64,000 bases of DNA from an uncultured delta proteobacterium (GTDB lineage Bacteria > Desulfobacterota > Zymogenia > Zymogenales > Zymogenaceae), in assembly GCA_963792965.1 (NCBI GenBank), contig CAWBYW010000004.1, forward strand, positions 192,001 to 256,000. Direction: 5' to 3'. Position numbers and translations under genes: made by a program. How positions within the stretch are numbered: the first letter of the stretch is position 1; each line of letters begins with the position of its first letter. Under the pieces are notes generated by a model. It was not told the origin of the DNA and made no database searches. It saw only the letters and a list, made by a program, of their open reading frames with translations. Positions 9,185-19,780 of the stretch are shown here, piece by piece.

Positions 9185-11086
9185 TTAGTCTTCGGCCAGG
9201 ACGATAATCCGGTCGTCCGACGCAAAGGTGATGCGGTCTGACTTATCGGGATTGACCGCCACCCCGTAGGACTGCGCCGCGTCGTGGGACAGGGCGGCGA
9301 TCCGGTAGCCGATGGCAACCTCGCTTTTTGCACGCGCCGACTGGACAACGGTGTAGAAATTGACGGGCTTCCCGATTCCCACGTAGAGATCGGCAGGCTT
9401 GGTATACAGCTCCGATCCCTCGGGGTCGAAGAGGTCGTCAAATACGGCCGAGAGCTCCCTGTTCTCCGAGATCTGTGAGAGAGCCAGGCTGATGAGCCGG
9501 TCGCTGATAATGAAATCGTCGGCGTGCGTCACCTCGGCAAGATCCCTGTTTTTGAGGTCGAGCATCTCGCTGACGATGGGGGTCGAATGACCCGCTTTGT
9601 CGTTGATGTCGCGCAGGTGGAGGAGACAGATAAGGGTGCGGGCATCGGCCTGCTCGGCGTCGAGCGTATCGGAATAGCTCAGGACAATAATATTGTTAAA
9701 GCCGTTTATCGCCAGACCATCCAGCACGGCGCGATCGGTAATGTCTCCGTCGAGGTAAGAAGCCGACGTGTTCTTAAGACCGAGCGCCTTGATCCGGTCC
9801 TGGAATTCGGGAGTCGTGAGCTCTTTGTTTTCCGCCACGACGGTCACGCGGGAGCCGGGGGCAAGGTAGCTGTCGAGCTCCCGGATGATGCTCGTGGTAC
9901 GGTGATTCCAGCCGAGTATCAGTATCTTTTCGGGGACGGGGGGGCGCGGCGGCACGTTTCGGATGGCGTCGCCGTCGATCCCGTAGTCGGAAAGATTCGA
10001 GAGTACGATCGTGTCATCATCCTCGGAGACGGCAATCAGCTTATCGCCCGTACGGATCGTCGTGTCCATGGGCGGGTTGAGCTGAATCCTTCCGTCGGCG
10101 AATCGGAGACCGATAACGGAGGAGTCCTCGTAGATGAAGAGGACGTCCCCGAAGGTCTTGCCGACGACGGACGGCTCTTCCTTGAAATAGATCTCATCCC
10201 CGCCGAAGTCGAGAAGCTCGGTGTAGACCACCGAGAGGCCCGACTGCCGACACGTCTGGGCGGCGATCCGGGCGATGAGGTCGCTGACGAGCACGAACTG
10301 GACCTCGTCCTTTCCGATCATGCGGGCGACCTCAAGGTTTCTGCGCTCCCGGACGGCCGCGACGACATGGTACGGGTCGGGGCGGCGGTCTTTCCGGTTG
10401 GTCAGCGCGAGAACCGTCTTGATAACGTGGATGTCCGGATCCTTGGCCTCGGGCGCAAGGATGATGATCGAGCGGGCGGCGTCGGGATTGACGATCTCCA
10501 GGTCGTTCAGGTCTATGGGGTTGCCGGTTCTGCAGACGATCCGTGTGCGGCGGGGGGTGCCGATCTTTTCACGGATGGCATCCTCCATTTGAATCTTGTC
10601 CTTCTGGGCAAGGATGACGATGCAGGAGCGTGGTTGATTCTCGTTTGCTGTGACAAGCTCGGATATGATTGTGAAGATCTGCAGGCTCCAGCCGAGGATG
10701 AGCGTGTATCCCTCTTCGGCGACGTGTGATCGGCCCTTGCGCAGCTCGTCGATTTTATTCTTGATGCCCGTGGTCAAGAGACCGATCAGGATGCTGACGA
10801 CAAAAACACCGCCGAACGTCGTCAAAAACATCAACAGCAAGAACGACCAGCTGCCCGTGTCCCGCCCCATGGCACCGGTGCTCAGGGTACGCTGGAGGTT
10901 TGCCCACATGATCTCAAAAAAGCTCTTATCCTGAAAGCCGACCTTCGTGACGTAAATGATGATCGACATCCCGGTAATCAAAATAAGTGAGGCCACAAAG
11001 AGCCAGCCGATGACGGCAACGGTTCCCTTCGATATGGTGTTCTCAAACCAGTAGCGCAGTCGCCGTCTCAGGGTTATCCTCTTCAT
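9185..11086 (-). CDS. CASTOR/POLLUX-related putative cation channel (TM-pore-TM plus two RCK domains)
   Basis: RLRYWFEN.ISKG N-terminus, LRKGRSHVAE..YTLILGW, AQTCRQSGLSVVYTELLDFGGDEIYF, second RCK domain with IVSEMLD. Confidence 0.85.
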   Translation of the reverse strand: MKRITLRRRLRYWFENTISKGTVAVIGWLFVASLILITGMSIIIYVTKVGFQDKSFFEIMWANLQRTLSTGAMGRDTGSWSFLLLMFLTTFGGVFVVSILIGLLTTGIKNKIDELRKGRSHVAEEGYTLILGWSLQIFTIISELVTANENQPRSCIVILAQKDKIQMEDAIREKIGTPRRTRIVCRTGNPIDLNDLEIVNPDAARSIIILAPEAKDPDIHVIKTVLALTNRKDRRPDPYHVVAAVRERRNLEVARMIGKDEVQFVLVSDLIARIAAQTCRQSGLSVVYTELLDFGGDEIYFKEEPSVVGKTFGDVLFIYEDSSVIGLRFADGRIQLNPPMDTTIRTGDKLIAVSEDDDTIVLSNLSDYGIDGDAIRNVPPRPPVPEKILILGWNHRTTSIIRELDSYLAPGSRVTVVAENKELTTPEFQDRIKALGLKNTSASYLDGDITDRAVLDGLAINGFNNIIVLSYSDTLDAEQADARTLICLLHLRDINDKAGHSTPIVSEMLDLKNRDLAEVTHADDFIISDRLISLALSQISENRELSAVFDDLFDPEGSELYTKPADLYVGIGKPVNFYTVVQSARAKSEVAIGYRIAALSHDAAQSYGVAVNPDKSDRITFASDDRIIVLAED

Positions 11087-11143
11087 ATCAGACTCCTTTT
11101 GGTAATGCCGGATCAGTTACACCAAAAATATTTCCACTTCCCG

Positions 11144-12520
11144 TTACGATCGCGCGTGACCTCTCACGCCCGCCAAATCTCGCTCGATCTCTCCATACTT
11201 CGCCTTGCTCAGGGGAAAGAAGGCAAGGAAGATAAGGCCGAGGACGAAGAGGGCCGACGGCACACCCCCGACGAGCCAGCGGATCCCGGCCAGTGCCCTT
11301 TCGTTCTGGGGCATGTCGGGCACGTAGCCGACGTTTGCGAGGATCGCCCCGGTGATAAAGGGGGCCAGGGCGATGGATACCTTGAAGATCAGGAAGGCGA
11401 TGCCGAAGTAGGCGCCCTCCCGGCGGGTCCCCGATGTCAGCTCGTCCAGATCTATGATTTCCGGAAGCATGGCATAGGGGAAGAGAAAATATGCCCCCGT
11501 CCCGACGCCGGCCACCGCCATGAAGACGTACAGGAGTGTCCTGTCGTCACGCGGGAGAAAGAAGATCGCGAGGGCCGCCGCAATGAGAACCACGATCCCG
11601 ATCATGAACGACTCCTTCTTGCCGATCTTTCCACTGAGCCAGACCCAGAGGGGAACGGAGAGAAGCAGGACTCCCATGACGATCCCCATCATCGGGGTAA
11701 AGAGATTCTTATCTCCGAGCCAGTACTTCGCGTAATAGATCAGAACCCCCGAAAGGATCGTGTAGCCCAGCGAGACCAATGAGTAGGCGGCGATGAACCA
11801 CCAGAAGGCGCCGTTCTTGAGCGTGAGGGCAAATGACTTAACGATCGGCAGGGCTTCTCTCCTGGAAAAGTCCTCCCGCTCTCGTATCGAGAACGCGGTG
11901 ATAAGGAAGACCAGCAGGGCCACCATGCTGAAGACGACCGCCGTGAGAAAGAAGCCCCGCTTGTCACCGCCCAGCATCGCCACGAGGGGGATGACCAGCG
12001 CACTGCCGGCCACCCAACCGATAACGGAAAAGGGTTGGCGATAGGCGGTGAGCTTGGTCCTCTCGTGAGGGGCCAGCGCGAGCTCGGGCAGCAGCGCGTT
12101 ATAAGGGACCGTGACGACGGTCGACGCGCTGAAGAAGGCGATAAAGACGGCGGTAAGCAACACCGAGTTAATGATTTCGCTCCGGGTGACCAGCGGGGTC
12201 CAGATCAGGACGAAGAGGACCGCGTAGGGAAGGGCGCCGAAGAAGAGATACGGCCTGCGCCTTCCCCAGGGGCTCTTGGTCATGTCGGAAATCTGACCCA
12301 TGAGGGGATCGGCAACGGCGTCCCATACCTTGGCCACCAAAAGCGCCGTCCCGACCAGCGTCGGCGAAAAATGGGCGATGTCGGTATAGAAATAGAGGAG
12401 GAAGAAGGCAACGGTGGACAGCGGCAGCGTGATGCCGAGGTCTGAGACGCCGTAAGCAATCTTCGTCGCCAAGGGGAGCTTTTCGTCTGAAAAAGAGTCG
12501 CGCGGATATTTTGCTGTCAT
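11144..12520 (-). CDS. Glycoside-pentoside-hexuronide (MelB-like) cation symporter
   Basis: WDAVADPLMG, WGRRRPY, PY.AL.PEL, GTRREGAYFG motifs; about 12 hydrophobic segments. Confidence 0.9.
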   Translation of the reverse strand: MTAKYPRDSFSDEKLPLATKIAYGVSDLGITLPLSTVAFFLLYFYTDIAHFSPTLVGTALLVAKVWDAVADPLMGQISDMTKSPWGRRRPYLFFGALPYAVLFVLIWTPLVTRSEIINSVLLTAVFIAFFSASTVVTVPYNALLPELALAPHERTKLTAYRQPFSVIGWVAGSALVIPLVAMLGGDKRGFFLTAVVFSMVALLVFLITAFSIREREDFSRREALPIVKSFALTLKNGAFWWFIAAYSLVSLGYTILSGVLIYYAKYWLGDKNLFTPMMGIVMGVLLLSVPLWVWLSGKIGKKESFMIGIVVLIAAALAIFFLPRDDRTLLYVFMAVAGVGTGAYFLFPYAMLPEIIDLDELTSGTRREGAYFGIAFLIFKVSIALAPFITGAILANVGYVPDMPQNERALAGIRWLVGGVPSALFVLGLIFLAFFPLSKAKYGEIERDLAGVRGHARS

Positions 12521-12628
12521 CTCCAATTCCCGAATGGGTTAGCACGTGTCGGGAGATGATAGCACACATCGTCCGCATAAGAAATAAATAAAAAACGGGG
12601 AACGGCAAATGCAGAGCTTGTTTTCGAA

Positions 12629-12657
12629 TTGAATAATCATAAAATTCGGTCTATAAT
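12629..12657 (+). promoter_or_regulatory. sigma70-type promoter of A/V-ATPase operon 1
   Basis: TTGAAT-17 nt-TATAAT in the AT-rich divergent intergenic region. Confidence 0.6.
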
Positions 12658-12778
12658 CTCATCTTTGACTGTGTCGATTATCCGATGGGACGGTTTGGCC
12701 TCAACAACCTTCGGCTCACGTGCCGCACGTGATACCGGTGCGATGGATCCGGGCGGCGGGGCGGGAGGCAACCCAATC

Positions 12779-13093
12779 ATGGTTAAGAAAATCATCGATA
12801 GAATCAAGGATGCCGAGGTGCGGGCCGAAAAGCTCGTTAAGGATGCCCACGCGGACTCTCGGGCACGGATTGTCGATTTCGGCAAGGCGCGACACAGTCG
12901 CCTCGATCTGCTTTCGCGCGAAAAGGAGGCGGCGCGTGAAAAAGCGTTGAAGGAGGCCGAAGAGAGAGCCGGGGCCGAGGAGTCCGAGATTCTGGCCCGG
13001 TCACAGGAAGAGATCAACAGGCTCCGGGCCGGCGCCGAAAAGCGGAAGGAGGAGGCGATAGCGCTCATCCTTCGAAGGATTCTGGATACGTGA
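12779..13093 (+). CDS. atpH: A/V-type ATPase subunit H/G (NtpF-like peripheral stalk)
   Basis: Charged coiled coil (IKDAEVRAEKLVKDA); first gene of the operon; RBS GGAGG. Confidence 0.75.
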   Translation: MVKKIIDRIKDAEVRAEKLVKDAHADSRARIVDFGKARHSRLDLLSREKEAAREKALKEAEERAGAEESEILARSQEEINRLRAGAEKRKEEAIALILRRILDT

Positions 13094-15087
13094 GCATCTC
13101 ACCCCTTACCAAACTCCTGGTCGTCGTCCATCGTGACGAGAGGACACCCCTGCTCGCGTTCATCCAGGAGCGGGGGGTGATGCAAATCACCGAGCTCACC
13201 CAGGGCACTGTCCTTGCCGCGTTTCCTGAGCTTGCGCGGGAGGATTCAGGCCGGCTCAATGATTTAGTCGCCCTCACGTCTCAGATAGACTTTGCGATCA
13301 CTTTTCTTTTGCCCTACGCGAAAAAGAAGTCAATCCTGGCGGCGCTTTCCCCCGAGGTGCTCAGGAGCGCCGCGGATCTCCGATCGCTGGCCGAAGAGGC
13401 TGATGTGCGCAATCTCGTCGACGAGGCCCTCACGCTCAGCCGTGAGCTCTCCGAGACGGGAAACAAGATCACTAAGCTCGAGTCCACCAGGGACGCGCTC
13501 GGCCCATGGCTCTCGCTGGACCTGCCCATAGAAGATCTCAGGGACAATTCCTTTGTCCGTCAGATGCTCTTCATGATCTTCAAAGTTCCCCTGGACACGG
13601 TGACCTCGCGATTGGACGGGGTGGGGGATACCCATGTGCTCACACCACTTGCCACGGGTCCGGACTACTCCTATTACCATTTCCTCTGCTGGGCCGGCGA
13701 CAGCGCCGCCTACGAAGAGGCCCTGGCCGGGCTCGGTGCAGAAAAGGAGACCCCTCCGGATCGGACGGGGACCTACCGGGAAGTGTACCGTGCCCTCAGG
13801 CGCGAGATAGCCGACCTCGAGGGAAAATACCGTGCACTCGAGCATAAGGCCCGCACACTGGCCACGCAAACGGACCGATTCCGGGCGCTCTATGACCACT
13901 ACACCATCCAGAAGGAGCGGGAAGAGGTCGCCGAAAGGTTGCGGTCGTCTGCGGGGGTGGCCTACGTGGAGGGATGGGTCCCCGTCGCGCGGGTGGACCG
14001 CCTCCGGCGGGAGATCGACGAGCGGTTTTCGCTTGCCGAGACGGTCGTCTTTGCCCCGGCCGAGGACGAGAAGCCTCCGATCCTGTTGGAGAACCGGAGG
14101 CTTGTGCGTCCCTTCGAGATCATCACGTCGCTTTACGGAATGCCCGATCCTGAAGAATTTGACCCCACGCCGCTCTATATGCTTTTTTACGCCGTCTTCT
14201 TCGGGCTCTGCCTCACGGACGCCGGCTACGGGGTGGTGCTGTCGATCATACTCTTTTTTGTCGTCCTTCGATTCAAGTATTCGCTCGGCAGGAACAAGAT
14301 CGTGCAGGTGCTGCTGATCGGCTCGGTCAGCACCATCGTCCTGGGCGCCCTCACGGGGGGATGGTTCGGCGACCTCCTGGGGCGCCTCCCGGAGGGGTCG
14401 GGCGTCCAGACGATCGGAAGATCGATCATGCTTTTTGATCCCCTCAAGGATACGATCACGTTCATGCTCCTGTGCCTGGCCCTCGGGTTCATTCAGATCA
14501 ACCTCGGGATGATCGTGGGGCTCGTCAAGTTCATAAAGAAGAGGGAGCGGCGGGAGGCGTTCGTTAAGCTGTGCTGGATCGTTTTTATCAATACCGCCGC
14601 CGTGCTGGTCGCCGACTACATGTCCACCGATGGTGTTCCGCGATGGGCGACGACGATCGCAACGGTCTCTATTCTCACCGTATCAGTCGGGATCGTGGCG
14701 TGCTCCGAGCCGAACGGGAATATCATCACACGGCTGGGCTGGGGGCTCTACAACCTGTACGGCTGCACGGGTTTTGTGGGGGACCTGTTGAGCTACCTGA
14801 GGTTACTGGCCCTCGGACTCTCCACGGGCATCATCGCCACGGTAGTCAACCTGGTAGCGACCCTTTTGTGCGGCGTTCCGTACGTGGGCGTCGTGCTTGC
14901 GGTACTCGTCTTTATCGGGGGGCATGCCTTCAACATTGCGATCAACTGCCTGGGCGCCTTTGTCCATACGACGAGGCTCCAGTACGTGGAGTTCTTCAAT
15001 AAATTCTATGAGGGGTCCGGCAAGCCGTTCAGGCCCTTCGGGCTCAACCCCAAGTATGTATACCTGAAGGAAGCCTTATACCAATAG
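13090..15087 (+). CDS. atpI: A/V-type ATPase subunit I (a; NtpI)
   Basis: EGWVP, PFE....YG.P...E.DPT, D.GYG, SYLRLLALGLS, H..RLQYVEFF. Confidence 0.95.
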   Translation: MSISPLTKLLVVVHRDERTPLLAFIQERGVMQITELTQGTVLAAFPELAREDSGRLNDLVALTSQIDFAITFLLPYAKKKSILAALSPEVLRSAADLRSLAEEADVRNLVDEALTLSRELSETGNKITKLESTRDALGPWLSLDLPIEDLRDNSFVRQMLFMIFKVPLDTVTSRLDGVGDTHVLTPLATGPDYSYYHFLCWAGDSAAYEEALAGLGAEKETPPDRTGTYREVYRALRREIADLEGKYRALEHKARTLATQTDRFRALYDHYTIQKEREEVAERLRSSAGVAYVEGWVPVARVDRLRREIDERFSLAETVVFAPAEDEKPPILLENRRLVRPFEIITSLYGMPDPEEFDPTPLYMLFYAVFFGLCLTDAGYGVVLSIILFFVVLRFKYSLGRNKIVQVLLIGSVSTIVLGALTGGWFGDLLGRLPEGSGVQTIGRSIMLFDPLKDTITFMLLCLALGFIQINLGMIVGLVKFIKKRERREAFVKLCWIVFINTAAVLVADYMSTDGVPRWATTIATVSILTVSVGIVACSEPNGNIITRLGWGLYNLYGCTGFVGDLLSYLRLLALGLSTGIIATVVNLVATLLCGVPYVGVVLAVLVFIGGHAFNIAINCLGAFVHTTRLQYVEFFNKFYEGSGKPFRPFGLNPKYVYLKEALYQ

Positions 15088-15129
15088 CGGACGAGCGGAC
15101 CTCGGTAGCTTCAAATCGATGAATAACTT

Positions 15130-15657
15130 ATGGAGTCTATGATGACCGATATCACATACGTATTGACGCTGCCCTACCTCGCGCTGCCGGTACTCGGGGC
15201 GGCGCTCGCCGTGGGGCTCTCCGGATTCGGCTCCGCCACGGGCATTGCCATCGCGGGCCAGGTGGCCGACGGCGTCCTGGCGGAGGAGCCCGATATTTTC
15301 GGCAGAATTCTCATTTTCGTGGCGATGCCGGGCACCCAGGGCATCTACGGATTCCTCGGCGCCTTCTTGATCCTCCTCAAGTCGGGGTACATCGGTGGCG
15401 CGCCCTACGCGAACATGACCCTCGGGCAGGCGTGGGCCTTCGCCTTCGCCGGGCTGCCGGTGGGATTGGGGGGGTGGGTTTCGGGGATCTGGCAGGGCAA
15501 GGTGTGCGCAACCGGCATCTCGCTTGCGGTCAAACGCCCGGAGGCGATGATGAAGGGCGTCGTCTACGGAGCCATGGTGGAGACGTACGCGATACTCGGT
15601 CTCCTCATCACAATCCTGGCGCTCAACGGCATCAACGTTGTCCCTCCCGTTAGATAG
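15130..15657 (+). CDS. atpK: A/V-type ATPase subunit K (c; 4-TM NtpK type, Na+ motif)
   Basis: PGTQGIYG, SGIWQGKV, AMVETYAILG. Confidence 0.95.
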   Translation: MESMMTDITYVLTLPYLALPVLGAALAVGLSGFGSATGIAIAGQVADGVLAEEPDIFGRILIFVAMPGTQGIYGFLGAFLILLKSGYIGGAPYANMTLGQAWAFAFAGLPVGLGGWVSGIWQGKVCATGISLAVKRPEAMMKGVVYGAMVETYAILGLLITILALNGINVVPPVR

Positions 15658-15689
15658 TCCCGGAGGCGATAGGTCCCAAAGGTGAAAGA

Positions 15690-16298
15690 GTGTCCGTAGA
15701 AAAGATCGTCGACAAGATCCTCGCCGAGGCCCGTGGCAGGGCGGCTTCCATCACGGAGCAGGCGGACCGCGAGCTTCAAAGGCTCAGATCCGATCTGGAG
15801 CACGAGGAGCAACAAGTCGGCGAGACCTCCCGGAAGCGGACGGAAGACGAGGCACACGAGATCGTGAAGAGACGGGTCTCCTCGGCCAGGCTCGAGGCCA
15901 GAAAGCGGATCCTCCGGCAAAAGGAAATGATTACCGACGAGGTATACGCCGAGGCCAAGAGACGCCTGCTGGCGCTGCCGGACGACAAGTACCTCGATCT
16001 CCTCAAGGGTCTGGTGGCCGCGTACGCCGTATCGGGAGATGAAAAGATCATGCTGTCGGCGCATGACCGCGATCGGCTCGGGGACAAAATCCCCCGGTGG
16101 GAAAGGGAGATCGCCGGGGAGCTGAAGAAGAAAGGTATTGGAGGCTCGATCTCGGTTTCGACCGAGACGAGGGATATCGAGGGGGGCCTGGTCCTCTCCC
16201 GTGGGCGGACCGAAGTGAACCTGAGCCTCGACGTGATTCTCTTGGAGATGAAATACCTCCTCGAGATCGAGATGAGCGGGAGTCTCTTTGGTGACTGA
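15690..16298 (+). CDS. atpE: A/V-type ATPase subunit E
   Basis: SVEKIVDKILAEA N-terminus, coiled coil, IEGGLVL...EVNLS. Confidence 0.9.
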   Translation: MSVEKIVDKILAEARGRAASITEQADRELQRLRSDLEHEEQQVGETSRKRTEDEAHEIVKRRVSSARLEARKRILRQKEMITDEVYAEAKRRLLALPDDKYLDLLKGLVAAYAVSGDEKIMLSAHDRDRLGDKIPRWEREIAGELKKKGIGGSISVSTETRDIEGGLVLSRGRTEVNLSLDVILLEMKYLLEIEMSGSLFGD

Positions 16299-16359
16299 GG
16301 GCTGTCCCCCTTCTTTTGGTGAGGGGCCGGCTCTTTGGACTCTACGGGAACGCGAGACT

Positions 16360-17522
16360 ATGAGCGATATTCAATTTCCGATAAACGTCGATCGGGAGAT
16401 GGACTTGAGCAGAGAGCTTGCCAGAAAGCCGCTGGCGGGCCTGTCGATCCTCGATTACGACGAGTTTGCCGCTTCCAAGGACTGGTCCTGGGGGGACGAC
16501 ACCCGCTATGGTTTTGCCACAGGGCTTGTCCGCGCGATAGAGCACCGGCTGATCGCCCCCGGGCGTTTCCTTAGGCTGGCGGAGGCCAGGGACGAACAAG
16601 AGGCCCTGTCGATGCTCGGGGACACGGATTACGCGAGGATCTATCAGGAGCAGCTCTACGCGACGAACGGTTCGGAGGAGTCCGGCCCGGACGTCGAGCT
16701 GTTACTCGGGCGGGAAGCCGGGAGGGTAAAGGACTTCATCAACGGCCTGACCCAAGACAGGGAGGTGACCGATATCCTGTTTGTGAGGGACGACTTCCTC
16801 AACCTCAAGCTTGCCCTCAAGGGGATCGTCGCCGGCGTCGAGGTCGGCGAATTTCTTCGCCCCCCTCGGGCTTATCGACGGCGCCGTGATCTTTCGCGAG
16901 GCCACTGGTCCCGAATAGGTCCGAAGGGCTCCCACCGTACCTCGCGCGCGCGGCGCTCGTGGCGACGAGCGCATACGCCGACACCAAAGACCCCGCCGAG
17001 ATCGACCGGGTCGTCGATGGGCTGATGTTCGAGCACCTCCTGAACAGGGCCACGGAAAAGGAAATCTTTTTTCTGCATAAATTGATAAGGATCGAAATCG
17101 ATCTGATAAATATCGTCACGTTCTTCAGGCTCAAGTGGCTCGACGAGCCGGTCTCGGCCGTCGGGCCGGCGCTGATAGAGGGAGGAATCCTCCATTTCGA
17201 GCCTTTCCTCGAATTCTACCCGCGGGAGATCGATGCCATCGAAACCGGCTTTCTGGCGGGCTCCCGGTATCACGACTTCATCAGCGAGGGAATCGCCGGC
17301 CTTAAGAACGAGCGCTCTTTCGTTCGCATGGAGGGGCTCCTCGACGGGGAGCTGTTGAAGTTTGTAGAGCGCGAAAAGGAGATCAATTTCGGAGTGGAGG
17401 TCCTGACCGCCTACTATTATAAAAAGACGATCGAGCTCAGGAGGCTCAGGACTATCCTCATCGGCAAGAAAAACGGCCTTTCGGCCGCGAAAATAAAGGA
17501 AATGCTGGGATATGGGGGGTAG
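16360..17522 (+). CDS. atpC: A/V-type ATPase subunit C (frameshifts at about 16860-16905)
   Basis: YGFATGLVRAIE, L.DT.Y, D..NLK..LK, ID..NI...R, GVE.L.AY...K..E...LR.I..GK; position in the operon. Confidence 0.85.
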
Positions 17523-17844
17523 CACTATCGTTGTCATCGGTGACAGAGACTCCGTCCTTGGGTTCGGCGCCCTCGGCGTGAAGGTAATGATGCCCGCGCC
17601 CGATCCGGATGAGTTGCGCCGTGCGATCGGAGCAGCGGTTGCCGGGGGGGCGGCCGTCGTCTTCATCACGGAGAGGCTGGCGGGGCAGATTCCCGAAACG
17701 ATCGCGGAGCTCTCTACAAGGCCGCTCCCGTCGGTCGTTACGATCCCCGATGGGTCGGGGAGCACGGGCATGGGGCTTTTAAAGCTCGACGAGATTATCG
17801 TCCGGGCCGTCGGCTCCCGTCCCGCCCCGCAAGAGGAAGAATAG
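17512..17844 (+). CDS. atpF: A/V-type ATPase subunit F (NtpG)
   Basis: VVIGDRDSVLGFGALG, IP, RAVG. Confidence 0.9.
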   Translation: MGGSTIVVIGDRDSVLGFGALGVKVMMPAPDPDELRRAIGAAVAGGAAVVFITERLAGQIPETIAELSTRPLPSVVTIPDGSGSTGMGLLKLDEIIVRAVGSRPAPQEEE

Positions 17845-17968
17845 TCTCGGATGCCGCATTATCGGCGCACAGAAACGGATGGAGGCGGCGTGATCTGCGT
17901 AGTCGGACGGAATCAAGACAAGAAATATCGAATGGTACCATCAGGACAGGCACGGGAACGGTGAACAG

Positions 17969-19753
17969 ATGAAAAAGGGGGTAATCACCAAGGTATCGGG
18001 GCCGCTCGTGGTCGCAGACCATATGCCGGACTCAAAGATGTTTGACGTGGTCAAGGTCAGCGACGAGGGGCTCATCGGAGAGATCATCGAGCTCCACGGT
18101 GACAAGGCCTTCATCCAGGTTTACGAGGAGACCGGCGGCATCGGCCCCGGCGATCCCGTTTTCCCGACGGACGCGCCGCTCTCGGTGGAGCTCGGGCCGG
18201 GCCTGATCACCTCGATCTACGACGGCATCCAGCGCCCCCTCTCGGCCATCAGAAAACAAGTTGGTGACTTCATCACTCGCGGCGTCGTGGCCGAGCCGCT
18301 GGATCGCGACAGGCTCTGGGATTTTAAGGCGTCGGCGAGCCCGGGCGACGAGGTCGAAGGGGGCGACATTATCGGTGAGGTCGCCGAGACCGTCGCCGTC
18401 GTTCACCGGATCATGGTGCCCCACGGGGTTCGGGGTAAGGTCACGAAGATAACGTCGGGCAGCTTTACGGTGAAGGACGCCGTCTGCGAGATCGAGAGCA
18501 CGGACGGTCCGGAAAAGATCACCATGATGCAGAGGTGGCCCGTCCGCATCCCGCGTCCCTATAAACGAAAGCTGAGGCCGGAAGAGCTCCTCGTCACCGG
18601 ACAGCGGATCATCGACGCCTTCTTCCCGCTCGCCAGGGGGGGGACCGCCTGTGTGCCGGGGCCCTTCGGCAGCGGCAAGACGGTCATCCAGCACCAGCTT
18701 GCCAAGTGGGCCGACGCCGAGATCGTCGTCTATATCGGGTGCGGCGAGCGCGGCAATGAGATGACCGACGTCCTGATGGAGTTCCCCCATCTGGCGGACC
18801 CCAAGACGGGGGTGACCCTCATCAACCGTACAGTCCTCATCGCCAACACCTCCAACATGCCGGTCGCGGCCCGGGAGGCCTCAGTCTATACGGGGATCAC
18901 CATCGCCGAATATTTCCGGGACATGGGCTACTCCGTGGCGGTCATGGCCGACTCCACCTCCCGCTGGGCGGAGGCGATGCGCGAGATTTCAGGGCGCCTG
19001 GAGGAGATGCCCGGTGAGGAGGGTTACCCCGCCTACCTTGGTACGCGGATCGCCGAGTTCTACGAGCGCTCCGGAAGAGTGGCCGCGTCGTGTTCCGGCA
19101 ACCGGGAGGGGAGCCTTTCCGTCATCGGGGCCGTCTCTCCTCCGGGCGGCGACCTCTCCGATACCGTCGTTCAGGCAACCCTGCGCGTGGTCAAAGTCTT
19201 CTGGAGCCTTGAGGACAAACTCGCCTTCCAGAGGCATTTCCCCGCCATCTCCTGGCTCAACAGCTACTCCCTCTACCACGAGAACATAGAAGGGACCTTG
19301 AGAAAGGAGGTGGCCTCGGATATCGTCGAGACGCGTCTTGAGGCCATGAAAATCCTCCAGGAGGAGGCGGAGCTGTCCGAGATCGTCAAGCTCGTCGGGG
19401 TCGAGTCTCTTTCGGCGCATGACCGGCTTGTCCTTGAGACGGCTCGGTCGATCAGAGAGGATTTCCTCCATCAGAACGCCTTCCACGAGGTGGACTCGTA
19501 CTGCTCGCCGAAGAAGATGAACAAGATGCTCAGGCTTATACTGAGCCTCCATCATCTCTCCGACGAGGCGCTGGGCGCGGGCGTTCCCTTTCACGAGATA
19601 ACCAGGATGAAGGTAAAGGAAGAGATCGCGCGCGCCAAATATATCCCCGAGGATAAGATCGATCAGATGGACAAGATCACACAGTCCGCGGTGACCGAAG
19701 TCGAGCTCCTCGGGAAGATGCATTCACAAAAAGAGGTTGTGCTGGGCTTTTAG
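17969..19753 (+). CDS. atpA: A/V-type ATPase subunit A
   Basis: Walker [27 protein letters not shown]. Confidence 0.97.
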   Translation: MKKGVITKVSGPLVVADHMPDSKMFDVVKVSDEGLIGEIIELHGDKAFIQVYEETGGIGPGDPVFPTDAPLSVELGPGLITSIYDGIQRPLSAIRKQVGDFITRGVVAEPLDRDRLWDFKASASPGDEVEGGDIIGEVAETVAVVHRIMVPHGVRGKVTKITSGSFTVKDAVCEIESTDGPEKITMMQRWPVRIPRPYKRKLRPEELLVTGQRIIDAFFPLARGGTACVPGPFGSGKTVIQHQLAKWADAEIVVYIGCGERGNEMTDVLMEFPHLADPKTGVTLINRTVLIANTSNMPVAAREASVYTGITIAEYFRDMGYSVAVMADSTSRWAEAMREISGRLEEMPGEEGYPAYLGTRIAEFYERSGRVAASCSGNREGSLSVIGAVSPPGGDLSDTVVQATLRVVKVFWSLEDKLAFQRHFPAISWLNSYSLYHENIEGTLRKEVASDIVETRLEAMKILQEEAELSEIVKLVGVESLSAHDRLVLETARSIREDFLHQNAFHEVDSYCSPKKMNKMLRLILSLHHLSDEALGAGVPFHEITRMKVKEEIARAKYIPEDKIDQMDKITQSAVTEVELLGKMHSQKEVVLGF

Positions 19754-19780
19754 ACGACCCCAACAGAGAGTCATCCTCAC

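Noticed and set aside
11144-12520. Idea that the GPH symporter is Na+-driven and paired with the divergent Na+-ATPase
   Set aside because: Its motif is D-A-V-A-D. The Asn58 equivalent needed for Na+ coupling in E. coli MelB is Ala, as in the H+/Li+-coupled Klebsiella MelB.
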